A DNA stretch of 64,000 nucleotides from Bdellovibrionota bacterium (GTDB taxonomy: Bacteria > Bdellovibrionota_C > UBA2361 > JAAYZI01). Where the stretch lies: assembly GCA_050950765.1 (NCBI GenBank), contig JBMNIF010000001.1, positions 256,001 through 320,000 on the forward strand. The letters run 5' to 3'. Positions 1-10,262 of the stretch are shown piece by piece. Below the pieces are notes generated by a model. That model saw only the letters and a list, made by a program, of their open reading frames with translations, ran no database searches and was not told the origin of the DNA. Made by a program: the position numbers and the translations under genes. Numbering within the stretch: the first letter of the stretch is position 1; every line of letters begins with the position of its first letter.

Positions 1-52
1 GCGTGACGCAGCATAAAACGTTAAAAATCTTTTTATAAAGGAGACGGTATTC

Positions 53-184
53 GTGCATAATTTAATCCTCGCTATAATAATTTATATTGCTTTCCTTCTG
101 TACTTCAAATTTAATAAGGTGGTAAGGAGAGCCACTGACTTTTATAATTCTATGTTAGTCGTAAAAAGTGATCTTTTACCGTAG
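53..184 (+). CDS. possible small membrane protein (43 aa)
   Basis: AAGGAG at 38-43, GTG start at 53, TAG at 182-184; MHNLILAIIIYIAFLLYFKFNK... is one hydrophobic stretch plus a basic tail; below the ORF-track cutoff. Confidence 0.3.
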   Translation: MHNLILAIIIYIAFLLYFKFNKVVRRATDFYNSMLVVKSDLLP

Positions 185-348
185 GGGAGCGTTTATTTCA
201 AGGGATGGACGTTTTGGAGGGGCTAAAGAAAAATTCTAGTTGATTTAACTCACTAAAATTTAGTTTCTTTTATAAAAAATGATTCTGTCTCGTAAAGTTA
301 TAACATGTTAGTCTTTAGTTTTTAAGGGAATCTGCCGAGGAGAATAGT

Positions 349-1122
349 ATGAAGAAATACCTCAAAATAAATATCTTATTCATTGTTATCAGTAGTGTTT
401 TTTTCATCATGCCTTCTTCGGTTGTTGCAGATGATAATATTCATGCACGAATTATTAATGGAGATACAGTTCCTGCTCGAGATATCGCCGTTGCTAAGAT
501 TACGTGGAAGAGTGGACGCTATGCCAGAAGCCTTTGCTCCGGAGTTTTAATAACGCCGAGATACGTCTTAATGTCAGCGCATTGCGCTACTAGTACTCCT
601 GATAAATATACGGTGAGGATTGCGAGGAGGAAATTTTTGGTGCGCGCTATTCGGGTGCATCCGAGGGCACAAAGAGTAACAAGGCGATTTAAAAACGATG
701 TAGCGATATTGACTTTAAGAAATAGGACGAAATCTAAGATTTCGCCGTTACCGTTATTAGTTAGGAATAGGGTGCAGGTCGCTGACACGTTAGCTATTTA
801 CGGATATGGCATAGATGAGGAGCTTCGCTCTGGGGTGCTTAAAAGCGGTATCGCTAAAGTTACGAATGTAAATAGATTTTTTATTGAGACGACCTTTTCT
901 GAGGATGGTCTTAGTGCTTCATGTGCAGGAGATTCTGGTGGACCAGCGCTACTCACTTATATCAATTCTAGGGGGAGAGTTGTCACTGGGGTGGTAGGAA
1001 TAACTTCTTGGGGGACGACGAAAGATTGCGTCCTCGGGACAAAGACGTATTACGTTAATCTTCAAAGGAAAAAAAGTCTGAATTTCATTAAAAAAGTAGC
1101 TCCACACGTTAGGACACTATAA
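349..1122 (+). CDS. secreted S1 (trypsin-fold) serine protease
   Basis: Signal peptide, R-IINGD activation site, SAHC (His), DVAIL (Asp), GDSGGP (Ser), GITSWG. Confidence 0.93.
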   Translation: MKKYLKINILFIVISSVFFIMPSSVVADDNIHARIINGDTVPARDIAVAKITWKSGRYARSLCSGVLITPRYVLMSAHCATSTPDKYTVRIARRKFLVRAIRVHPRAQRVTRRFKNDVAILTLRNRTKSKISPLPLLVRNRVQVADTLAIYGYGIDEELRSGVLKSGIAKVTNVNRFFIETTFSEDGLSASCAGDSGGPALLTYINSRGRVVTGVVGITSWGTTKDCVLGTKTYYVNLQRKKSLNFIKKVAPHVRTL

Positions 1123-2490
1123 AAAGGACACCCACCTTTTACCTTCGTAAAAATCTAGCTGATCTGTTCTGCAAGTTGCAGCCCGTTCAATCATTGGTGG
1201 GTGGCACTAGATCCAAGCCCGTCGCTACCAATTAGGACACCCACCTTTTACCCCCGTCAAGATCTAGCTGATCCCCTTTTCAGTTGCAGCCCGTCCGATC
1301 ATCCTTGAAGCCTTCCAATTAGGACACCCACCTTTAGCTGTTGGGTAGAAAGAAGCGGCAAAGCTGAAGAGCGCTGCCGTCCCTGAAGGGTGGCACCAAA
1401 ACTGCCCGATTTTGGGTTTTTGCTAATGTCTTGATATTATTAGATGTTGTAATTTTGAAGTTTGGATGTCCTATTTGTAAAGCGTCCCGTTACTGGTGGG
1501 TGGCACCAACGACAGCCAGCTACAAAGAAGGGTGGCACCAGATTTTTAACCCCGTAGAGACCTAACCAATTTGTTTTTTAGTTGCAGCCCGTCCTATCGT
1601 CCCTGAAGGGTGGCACCAAATTTTTCCAAATTTTGACCTCTGGGGTGGTAGGAAAAGCCTTCCAATTAGGACACCCACCTTTAGCTGTTGGGTAGAAAGA
1701 AGCGGCAAAGCTGAAGAGCGCTGCCGTCCCTGAAGGGTGGCACCAAATTTTTAACTTCCGTAGAGACCTAACCAATTTGTTTTTTAGTTACAGCCCGTCC
1801 GATCGTCCCTGAAGGGTGGCACCAAAACTGCCCGATTTTGGGTTTTTGCTAATGTCTTGATATTATTAGATGTTGTAATTTTGAAGTTTGGATGTCCTAT
1901 TTGCAAAAAGCGTCCCGTTAGTGGTGGGTGGCACCAACGACAGCCAGCTACAAAGAAGGGTGGCACCAGATTTTTAACCCCGTAGAGACCTAACCAATTT
2001 GTTTTTTAGTTGCAGCCCGTCCTATCGTCCCTGAAGGGTGGCACCAAATTTTTCCAAATTTTGACCTCTGGGGTGGTAGGAATAAGCCTTCCAATTAGGA
2101 CACCCACCTTTAGCTGTTGGGTAGAAAGAAGCGGCAAAGCTGAAGAGCGCTGCCGTCCCTGAAGGGTGGCACCAAATTTTTAACTTCCGTAGAGACCTAA
2201 CCAATTTGTTTTTTAGTTACAGCCCGTCCGATCGTCCCTGAAGGGTGGCACCAAAACTGCCCGATTTTGGGTTTTTGCTAATGTCTTGATATTATTAGGG
2301 TGCAATTAGGACACCCACTTTTACTGGTGGGTGGCACCAAAACTACCATTTTTAGTTAGGTGCTAACATATTGATTTTAAAGACTTCATCCTTTTAAGCT
2401 AAGACTCTGCTCTGAAGGGTGGCACCAGATTTTACTGCAAGTTTCAGCCCATTCAATCGCCCCTGAAGGGTGGAGGATCGTCCTTGAAGG
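1123..2490. repeat. mosaic cluster of REP-like modules including a ~427-bp tandem duplication
   Basis: About 14 (GAA/GT)GGGTGGCACC cores and 6 (AATT)AGGACACCCAC cores; the same phase recurs at 1381, 1807 and 2236 (periods 426 and 429). Confidence 0.9.
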
Positions 2491-2539
2491 GGCAAAATTA
2501 CCACCTCGTTTTAATAAGAGATAGGTACCGTTCTTAAAT

Positions 2540-3796
2540 CTAAGATGCCATAGCCTTTGAGTGTAGTACGATGATCGGTTCCTGTTGTTCACAGATAACT
2601 TCTTTCGTGATGACTACTTCTTTAATGGATGGTGTGCTCGGTATGTCATACATAATATTCAACATGGCTTTTTCTAAGACGGAGCGTAGCCCGCGAGCCC
2701 CTGTTTTTCTAGCGAGTGCCTCTTTTGCAATCTCTTCGAGGGCATCGTCGCTGAAGGAAAGTGAAACGTCATTAAGTTGAAATAGCTGCTTAAATTGTTT
2801 CACTAAAGCGTTCTTCGGTTCTGTTAAGATAGTGATTAATGCTGCTTCATCAAGTGGCTTGAGTGGTGCAAAGACCGGAATCCTTCCTATAAATTCCGGA
2901 ATCAGACCGAATTTTAGGAGGTCTTCACCTTCAAGCTTCTCTAAGACTTTGTCGTCACACTCTTGAGCAGATTCGTGTTTTGCTCCAAATCCGAGATTCT
3001 TTTTCCCAGTGCGGTTCTTAATGATCTTATCAATCCCATCAAAGGCACCGCCGATAATGAAAAGGATGTTGGAAGTATCTACTTGAATAAAATCTTGTTG
3101 CGGATGTTTTCTGCCTCCTTTAGGGGGCACGTTCGCAATCGTCCCCTCAAGGATCTTTAATAATGCTTGCTGAACACCTTCACCAGAAACATCACGAGTG
3201 ACTGAAGGGGTGTCGCTTTTACGTGCAATCTTATCAATCTCATCGATATAAACGATACCCTGTTGCGCTTTTTCAACGTCATAATCAGCAGCTTGCAAAA
3301 GATTGACGATGATATTTTCTACATCCTCTCCAACATATCCCGCTTCTGTCAGACTGGTAGCATCTACAATCGTAAACGGCACCTCAAGAACACGAGCTAA
3401 GGTTTGTGCTAAAAGTGTTTTTCCACTACCGGTCGGCCCCACCAATAAGATATTGGATTTGTGAATCTCAACATCATTACGCGAATTGGAGTTGTTTTGT
3501 AGCCTCTTGTAGTGGTTGTGCACGGCAACGGCTAAAACTTTCTTAGCGTACTCTTGACCTATTACATAATCATCAAGCGCCGCCATTAAATCTTTCGGAG
3601 TTGGAACGTGCAATCCAAAAGCAGCTGCCGCTGATTCTTCAGCGTCTTCCGCTAAAATATCATTGCATAAATCAATACATTCATCACAAATATAAACCCC
3701 TGGTCCAGCAACGAGCTTCTTAACCTCTTCTTGCGTCTTTCCACAAAATGAGCAGATATAATTAATGCTGTTACTTTTTTTGTTGTCTTTCGACAT
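2540..3796 (-). CDS. clpX: ATP-dependent Clp protease ATP-binding subunit ClpX
   Basis: CSFC...CDEC zinc domain, GPTGSGKT Walker A, IDEIDK Walker [18 protein letters not shown] loop, LGF loop. Confidence 0.98.
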   Translation of the reverse strand: MSKDNKKSNSINYICSFCGKTQEEVKKLVAGPGVYICDECIDLCNDILAEDAEESAAAAFGLHVPTPKDLMAALDDYVIGQEYAKKVLAVAVHNHYKRLQNNSNSRNDVEIHKSNILLVGPTGSGKTLLAQTLARVLEVPFTIVDATSLTEAGYVGEDVENIIVNLLQAADYDVEKAQQGIVYIDEIDKIARKSDTPSVTRDVSGEGVQQALLKILEGTIANVPPKGGRKHPQQDFIQVDTSNILFIIGGAFDGIDKIIKNRTGKKNLGFGAKHESAQECDDKVLEKLEGEDLLKFGLIPEFIGRIPVFAPLKPLDEAALITILTEPKNALVKQFKQLFQLNDVSLSFSDDALEEIAKEALARKTGARGLRSVLEKAMLNIMYDIPSTPSIKEVVITKEVICEQQEPIIVLHSKAMAS

Positions 3797-3834
3797 TTTT
3801 TACACCTCTTAAAAAACGCTATTAGCTACTAAAA

Positions 3835-3965
3835 CCTGTGTTGGGTGTGGCGGGTTCATTGAGTATCTGAACTGCTGTATAGAGGCGGGTCCTTTTGATT
3901 CTTCCCCCCTCTTAACCACTACCTATTCAGATGCTCGAATTGCGCCTTTCGTATCTCACCTTTAA
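3835..3965 (-). ncRNA. rod-shaped structured RNA candidate, 6S-RNA-like
   Basis: Nested pairings 3861-3871/3926-3936 and 3882-3889/3904-3911, plus outer GGTG/GGCG with CGCC/CACC, leaving a central bubble; strand uncertain. Confidence 0.35.
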
Positions 3966-4227
3966 AAAATCGGAGTCCTAATCTTTATGCTTAAAGTTAT
4001 GGTGTAATAGTTTGAAATAGTTAGGTATTTCTTGTGATATCCCTTAGAAAAAGATTTTTATTTTCTTCTTTTTTACATATCTTTTACAAAAAAATAGCGT
4101 CGTTCTTAAATAATAATAGCTGCCATGCGGCATTTCTCTTCATCATAAAGGCTGCTTGCGTATTATTGTAAAAACTTTCACAATGTTTTTTAGGTGCCAA
4201 CGAAGGTTTAAAATGAAGGGCTAGGTT

Positions 4228-4428
4228 ATGGATGAAAATAAAGTTCCAAAAGTAAATGATCGTGTAAAAAGAAAAAACAATCTTGGTTGTTTGGGAGTTG
4301 TAAAAGAGGTTCGTGAAGAGATAGTCGGTTCTGCCGGAGATACTAGAGAAAAAGCGCTTATCGTAAAAGTCTTGTGGGATAACGGGACAGTCTCTTACTT
4401 CGATCCCGAATCAATAGAGAACGTTTAA
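4228..4428 (+). CDS. small hypothetical protein, possible SH3/KOW-like beta barrel
   Basis: 66-aa ORF; DRVK..GVVKEV..VKVLWDNG pattern. Confidence 0.65.
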   Translation: MDENKVPKVNDRVKRKNNLGCLGVVKEVREEIVGSAGDTREKALIVKVLWDNGTVSYFDPESIENV

Positions 4429-4537
4429 TAAATAACAAAATTTAAAATGCTTCTTAACCTCCTCGCTTTTTACCCTTTAGCTAGAAGCTTTCTTTTCCTT
4501 TTTCTAACCTCTGAGCTTTTTTAAAAGAGTGTCTAGG

Positions 4538-5883
4538 CTAGGAGCTTAGGGCAATGAATCCACGGAAGTTTTTGTCGAGACGCATTAAACGCATTAAAAT
4601 TTTTACTGCTTCCATCTCTGCCCATTCGTTGTTGAAATGAGTTCCTGTTTCTTCAGCAATTTTAAATGCATATAACAGGCTGAGTACAGCGTCAGTTGAT
4701 TTACCAATATCAGCATTTCTCGATGCGTGTACTAGTTCGTATTGGATATAATCTAACGCAATATTTTCTATCACCTCTTTCTGTTCTTCGGTGAGATCAG
4801 TTTTTGTTTTTTCAGCAAATTTAAGTACACGACGCACATTGTCCAAAGGTAGCTTGGTAAAACCCTCTCTCAGCCACCTCAGTGCTTCTTCTAGATAGGC
4901 TTGGATAATCTTCGGTGCAAAATCTTCTATCATTTTTTTCTGTTCTTCGGTGAGATCAGTTTTTGTTTCTTCAGCAATTTTAAGTGCACGACGCGCATAG
5001 TCCAAAGATTCCCTGGCACAACCCTTCCCCAGCAACCCCAGTGCCCTTTCTAGACGGTCTTGGATCATATCCGGTGCAATTTCTTTTATCATTGTGTTCT
5101 CTTCGTTGGTGAGAGAAATTCCTGTTCTTTTAACAAGTTCTAGTACAAGTAACATGGAGTATGCAGCGGAGTTGTAATCTTTACGAGCAGCCCATTTTTG
5201 TACTTCTGCTAGTTCGGTTCGGATTATATACTTCGCAATTTCTTCTATTCTTTCGTTCTGTTTGTTGGTGGGATCAATTCCTGTTTTTTCAGAAATTTCA
5301 AGTACAGATAATATGCGGTTCTTAAGATAACCGATATTGTGAAAATTATGAGTCATTTTTTCCGATGCTTCGTTTAGTTCGCATTTAATCGCACGCCTCG
5401 CAGTGTCTCCTAGCATATCGTTAAGTTTTTTGGGGAGCTTAATCCCTGTTTCTTTAACAATTTCAGATACAGGTAAGAAGTTTTCATTAAGCGCAATGCG
5501 ATGATTATCATCCATCGATCCCGATACCTCTACTAGATTGTATTCGATCGCTTTCTTCAGAATTCTTGCCATCTTTTTTCTTGTTTTTTGGTGGAAGGAA
5601 CTCCCGTTTCTTCAGAAAATTTACGTGCAAATAACACGGAGTCTATAGCGTCAGCGCCACGAAAATCAGTGCCAATAAGACGGTGACCATAACGACAAAC
5701 AACTTCTGTCCATGCTTCTGCTAGTTGAACTTTGGCCACATTCGCTAAGGGGAATTTTTCTCTAGCATTATTTACGATTGAAGCGGCTAAAGAACCAATT
5801 TCCTCCTCGGATAGTTTTACTGGTGAATCAGAACCTTTAGTTGGTGGGTTCCCCACCTCGTGGTTAAGACTAGAATCGATCAT
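4538..5883 (-). pseudogene. helical-repeat family protein copy A, frameshifted (~448 aa if restored)
   Basis: ORFs 5557-5883 and 4538-5572 are collinear with 6241-7599; T6 at 5574-5579 versus T7 at the same site in copy B (7277-7283). Confidence 0.85.
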
Positions 5884-5990
5884 AATATTACCTTATACAA
5901 ATACAACAATACTTCTTACTTAAAAGCATTACTTAAAAGCATTTTTTAAGGATTATAATGTTTTTTAAAAACCTAAGAAACGTTTCCAAA
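5884..5990 (-). promoter_or_regulatory. conserved ~105-bp upstream element of the helical-repeat family
   Basis: Near-identical at 7600-7705 and 10976-11080 and diverged at 45107-45196 (+); contains GAAACGTTTC palindrome, TATAAT and an SD-like site. Confidence 0.7.
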
Positions 5991-6240
5991 AAAAAAATGA
6001 TTATTTAATTCTTTTTCCTGACTTATGAGCTTTTTTTGGAGTTTTTTTGCTAAGTTTGTTCATTATAAAAAAACTAACTTATTGAACTTGTTGAAATATG
6101 AGAAGAAGTTTTTTAAGAACGGTGAAAATATCAACCGTGCCATCCTTTAGCTGGAAACTTTCTTTTTTTCTTATTCTTAACCTCCTCGCTTTTTGCCCTT
6201 TAGCTAGAAGCTTTCGAGCTTTTTTAAAAGAGTGTCTAGG

Positions 6241-7599
6241 CTAGGAGCTTAGGGCAATGAATCCACGGAAGTTTTTGTCGAGACGCATTAAACGCATTAA
6301 AATTTTTACTGCTTCCATCTCTGCCCATTTGTTGTTGAGATGAGTTCCTGTTTCTTCAGCAATTTTAAATGCATATAACAGGCTGAGTACAGCGTCAGTT
6401 GATTTACCAATATCAGCATTTCTCGATGCGTGTACTAGTTCGTATTGGATATAATCTAACGCAATATTTTCTATCACCTCTTTCTGTTCTTCGGTGAGAT
6501 CAGTTTTTGTTTTTTCAGCAAATTTAAGTACACGACGCACATTGTCCAAAGGTAGCTTGGTAAAACCCTCTCTCAGCCACCTCAGTGCTTCTTCTAGATA
6601 GGCTTGGATAATCTTCGGTGCAAAATCTTCTATCATTTTTTTCTGTTCTTTGGTGAGTTCAGTTTTTGTTTCTTCAGCAATTTTAAGTGCACTACGCATA
6701 TCGTCCAAAGATTGCTCGGCATAACCCTTCCTCAGCAACCTCAGTGCCCTTTCTAGACGGGCTTGGATCATATCCGGTGCAATTTCTTTTATCATTGTGT
6801 TCTCTTCGTTGGTGAGAGAAATTCCTGTTCTTTTAACAATTTCTAGTACAGGTAACACGTAGTATACAGCGTAGTTGTAATCTTTACGAGCAGCCCATTT
6901 TTGTACTTTTGCTAGTTCGGTTTGGATTATATACTTTGCAATTTCTTCTATTCTTTCGTTCTGTTTGTTGGTGGGATCAATTCCTGTTTTTTCAGCAATT
7001 TCAAGTGCAGATAATATGCGGTTCTTAAGATAAAAGATATGGTGAAAATCATGAGTCATTTCTTCCGATGCTTCGTTTAGTTCGCATGTAATCGCACGCC
7101 TCGCAGTGTCTCCTAGCATACCATTAAGTTTTTTGGGGAGCTTAATCCCTGTTTCTTTAACAATTTCAGATACAGGTAAGAAGTCTTCATAAAGTGCAAT
7201 GCGACGATTATTATCCATCAATCTCGATACCTTTACTAGATTGTATTCGATCGCTTTCTTCAGAATTCTTGCCATCTTTTTTTCTTGTTTTTTGGGGAGC
7301 TTAATCCCTGTTTCTTCAGAAAATTTACGTGCAAATAACACGGAGTCTATAGCGTCAGCGCCAAGAAAATCAGTGCCAATAAGATAGTGACCATAACGAC
7401 AAACAACTTCTGTCCATGCTTCTGCTAGTTGAACTTTGGTCACATTCGCTGAGGGGAATTTTTTTCTAGCATTATTTACGATTGAAGCAGCTGGTGAATC
7501 ATTTACAGGACGAGAAGGAAGGTTATGTCCAGCTAGTGGGTTCTCCCCCCCCTCGTTGTGATCCACTTCGTGATTGGACTTAAAACTAGGATTGATCAT
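6241..7599 (-). CDS. helical-repeat family protein copy B (intact, 452 aa, about seven ~53-aa repeats)
   Basis: Recurrent (A)E(E/K)T(G/K)xxLTxEQ...I(I)Q..L motif at 53-55 aa spacing; TAAGGT SD-like site upstream; function unknown. Confidence 0.88.
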   Translation of the reverse strand: MINPSFKSNHEVDHNEGGENPLAGHNLPSRPVNDSPAASIVNNARKKFPSANVTKVQLAEAWTEVVCRYGHYLIGTDFLGADAIDSVLFARKFSEETGIKLPKKQEKKMARILKKAIEYNLVKVSRLMDNNRRIALYEDFLPVSEIVKETGIKLPKKLNGMLGDTARRAITCELNEASEEMTHDFHHIFYLKNRILSALEIAEKTGIDPTNKQNERIEEIAKYIIQTELAKVQKWAARKDYNYAVYYVLPVLEIVKRTGISLTNEENTMIKEIAPDMIQARLERALRLLRKGYAEQSLDDMRSALKIAEETKTELTKEQKKMIEDFAPKIIQAYLEEALRWLREGFTKLPLDNVRRVLKFAEKTKTDLTEEQKEVIENIALDYIQYELVHASRNADIGKSTDAVLSLLYAFKIAEETGTHLNNKWAEMEAVKILMRLMRLDKNFRGFIALSS

Positions 7600-8433
7600 A
7601 ATATTACCTTATACAAATACAACAATACTTCTTACTTAAAAGCATTACTTAAAAGCATTTTTTAAGGATTATAATGTTTTTTAAAAACCTAAGAAACGTT
7701 TCCAACAGAAAATAATTATTTAATTTTTCCTCCTGACTTCCGAGTTTTTTTTGAGTTTTTTGTCTTAAATTACCTATCAATAGCGGCTCTGGGAGCGGCT
7801 CTGGGGTAGCTCTAGTGTCACCTACTAGCTAATCCTTTTCAATAAACCCAAAGTTAAGATCGGCGAGGCTCCGCGGGTCTTCTTCACCTCAGCGAAGTTA
7901 TTAAAGGTACAAAGCAACCGTTCCACAGCCATTAGGGATATGGTTAGTTGCTTCTGCGCTGCTTCAGATTAAGAGAAATCGCTTGCGGCTAAGACGCTTC
8001 ATGATTCCTACTGCCATCTCTGCCTGTTTTTCGGTGAAATGAGTTCCTGTTTCTTCAGCAATTTTTAATGCATATAACAGGCTGAGTACAGCGTCAGCTC
8101 TAAGGGATTCGTCACTATTAGCATATTCCGATGCTTTTGCTAGTTCGTATTGGATCGTATCTGACGCAATACTTTCTATCATCTCTTTCTGTTTTTTGGT
8201 GAGATCAGTTTTTGTTTCTTCAGCAATTTTAAGTGCATCCAACACGTTGCGTATGGCACAAGTGGCGGAGAGTTTGCCACTATCAGCATATTCCGATGCT
8301 TTTGCTAGTTCGTATTGGATCGTATTTGACGCAACACTTTTTACTATCTCTTTCTGTTCTTCGGTGAGATCAGTTTTTGTTTCTTCAGCAATTTTAAGTG
8401 CACTACGCACATTGTCCAAAGATCCCTTGGCAT

Positions 8434-10262
8434 CCTGAATTCCCGCGAAATTATACCATACAAACGTGTTTTTAAAGGTAGCTTTCGAGCGGTATAATCT
8501 TACTTTTTCTTAAAAATACTTTTTAGAAAGTCATCTTCTTCAATATTGAAAATTTTCAAAATATCCTTTTGTTTTTTTGTTAACGGAACCATTAATTTAC
8601 TGCCATTTTTAGTTTCTATAACTTTAATTTTTTGAAGCTCTTTAATGACATCAGGTATATTAAACTTTTTTTGCCTTGTATCATTTTTAAGTAAATTAAG
8701 AATATAACTTCTAAGTATAAGAGCTAAAAATCCAACAAAAAGTTTTCCTTCTGTGGTTTGAAGATTATGTGTTTTAAGTCTTCTAAAATCAATTTCATTT
8801 TTTAGCTGGAAAAATTGTTTTTCAATTACATCTTTTTGACGATAACGAAAAAGTGCTTCACTCGGATTTGAATCACAACCAATACCAATCAAAATTAAGA
8901 AGCCACAATTTCTCAAGTATTCATCTATAGCTTCTGATTTTTTTTCATAAGTAAAACCATCTTCATTTATTTTAATATCAAAATATTTCCTATATTTTTT
9001 ACGATCCAGCAAAGAGTATTTTAATTTTTTCAGTTCTTCTAACTCTTCTTCCATTCTAGAAATTTTCTCGTAAAATTGAACTATCTCATATGGCGCCTTT
9101 CCCATATTGTAATAAACATAAATCTTTACAGGTTGTCCCATAACAGTATCTATTACAGAACAACCAAAAGTAGAGGTTCCTTTTATATAATTAGCATCTT
9201 GCTTAATAAGTGCAGTGTGATTTTCTAATATTCTTTTAGCGTCATTCCAATATAGTGGCAAAGGACAAAGTAGTCCAAACTTTTGCCCTTCTTCATTTGC
9301 TACTTCCGCTAAATTATCTTGCGTCACAAAACCTTGATCCGTAACAAGGTTAATACGATTATTAAGACTAATAAATGGAAAGTCTCTTAAAAGAAAACTA
9401 AAATATGTCTTATCTGTAATGCTGCCATTATAAACTTGATAGAATAAAGGAAGCTTCGTTGTAGAGCCGTAGCACATACCTATATTTATTTGCGGCAATT
9501 TATCCATATCCCTATTATAGCCAAACTCCAATATGCTTATTTTTTTACTATAAGAAGATATGGAAGTTACGTCATAATACCAACATTCTTGAGCTAAATA
9601 TCGCTTCGTCCATTTCTTAAAAAAATTAAGTCTTTTCTCGTAGTCAATACGTTCAAAAAGACGACTTATTTTTTGACTTGTTAATTCAGAAATTTCATAT
9701 GGTAAGACACTATCATCTATCCAACTTGAAGCATGTGATACTACATTTCCATTTGCTAGAATATAAAACGCTAAAGTTAAAATCTCGTATGTGTCATTTC
9801 CAAAAATTGAAAGCAATGTCTTGTCTAACCTTAAATCTTTTACAATCTTATTTAAAACATAAGTAAGACCAAAAGATTTATTGCTAATAACATATCTATT
9901 AGAATCATCTGGAAACAAATCATAGTAATTTCTATTAGGAATTAATTTCTTACCGCTTTCATCTAGCTTCCCTATACCTATTTCATCAAACGTAGGCTCT
10001 CCGTTTTCACGACGAAAGTTCATCCTGTAATAGATATAAGTAGTCCCATTTTTGTTTTTCTTACGAGCAATTTGCCTATCTGGTAAGTCAACTTTTTTAG
10101 TTATTTTTTTTCATAAAAAACCTCCCTAATATGTATAGGGCAATCATACCATACAAACAGGAAATGTCAATATAGAAAAATATATAACTAACTAAAATAT
10201 CAATAAAAAATACGGTGGCTTATTTCTGGAATGGAGAAAAGATAAAAATTGCGGAATTTAGG
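8434..10262 (-). mobile_element. IS1634-family insertion sequence, 1829 bp
   Basis: Imperfect terminal inverted repeats CCTGAATTCCCGC / GCGGAATTTAGG; TTGGCAT duplicated at 8427-8433 and 10263-10269; lower GC than the flanks. Confidence 0.92.
8500..10114 (-). CDS. IS1634-family DDE transposase (natural start at 10114, frameshifted in an A8 run; open frame 8500-10023)
   Basis: YDVTSISSY, FGYNRD, LPQIN, TDQGF, YRQKDVIEKQFFQLKN; GGGAGG SD before ATG 10114 and a KNGTTYIY N-terminus in the downstream frame. Confidence 0.9.

Noticed and set aside
1123..2490. CRISPR array
   Set aside because: Cores are only ~10-15 bp, spacing is irregular, the intervening segments are reused rather than unique, and no cas genes are in the window
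1578..2592. Short ORFs within the repeat cluster (also 46650-46907 and 46689-46877)
   Set aside because: Chance translations of repeat modules; the frames are not preserved between copies
4538..7599. Diversity-generating retroelement acting on the paralogs
   Set aside because: In the segment compared by eye, substitutions are not adenine-specific, and there is no reverse transcriptase in the window
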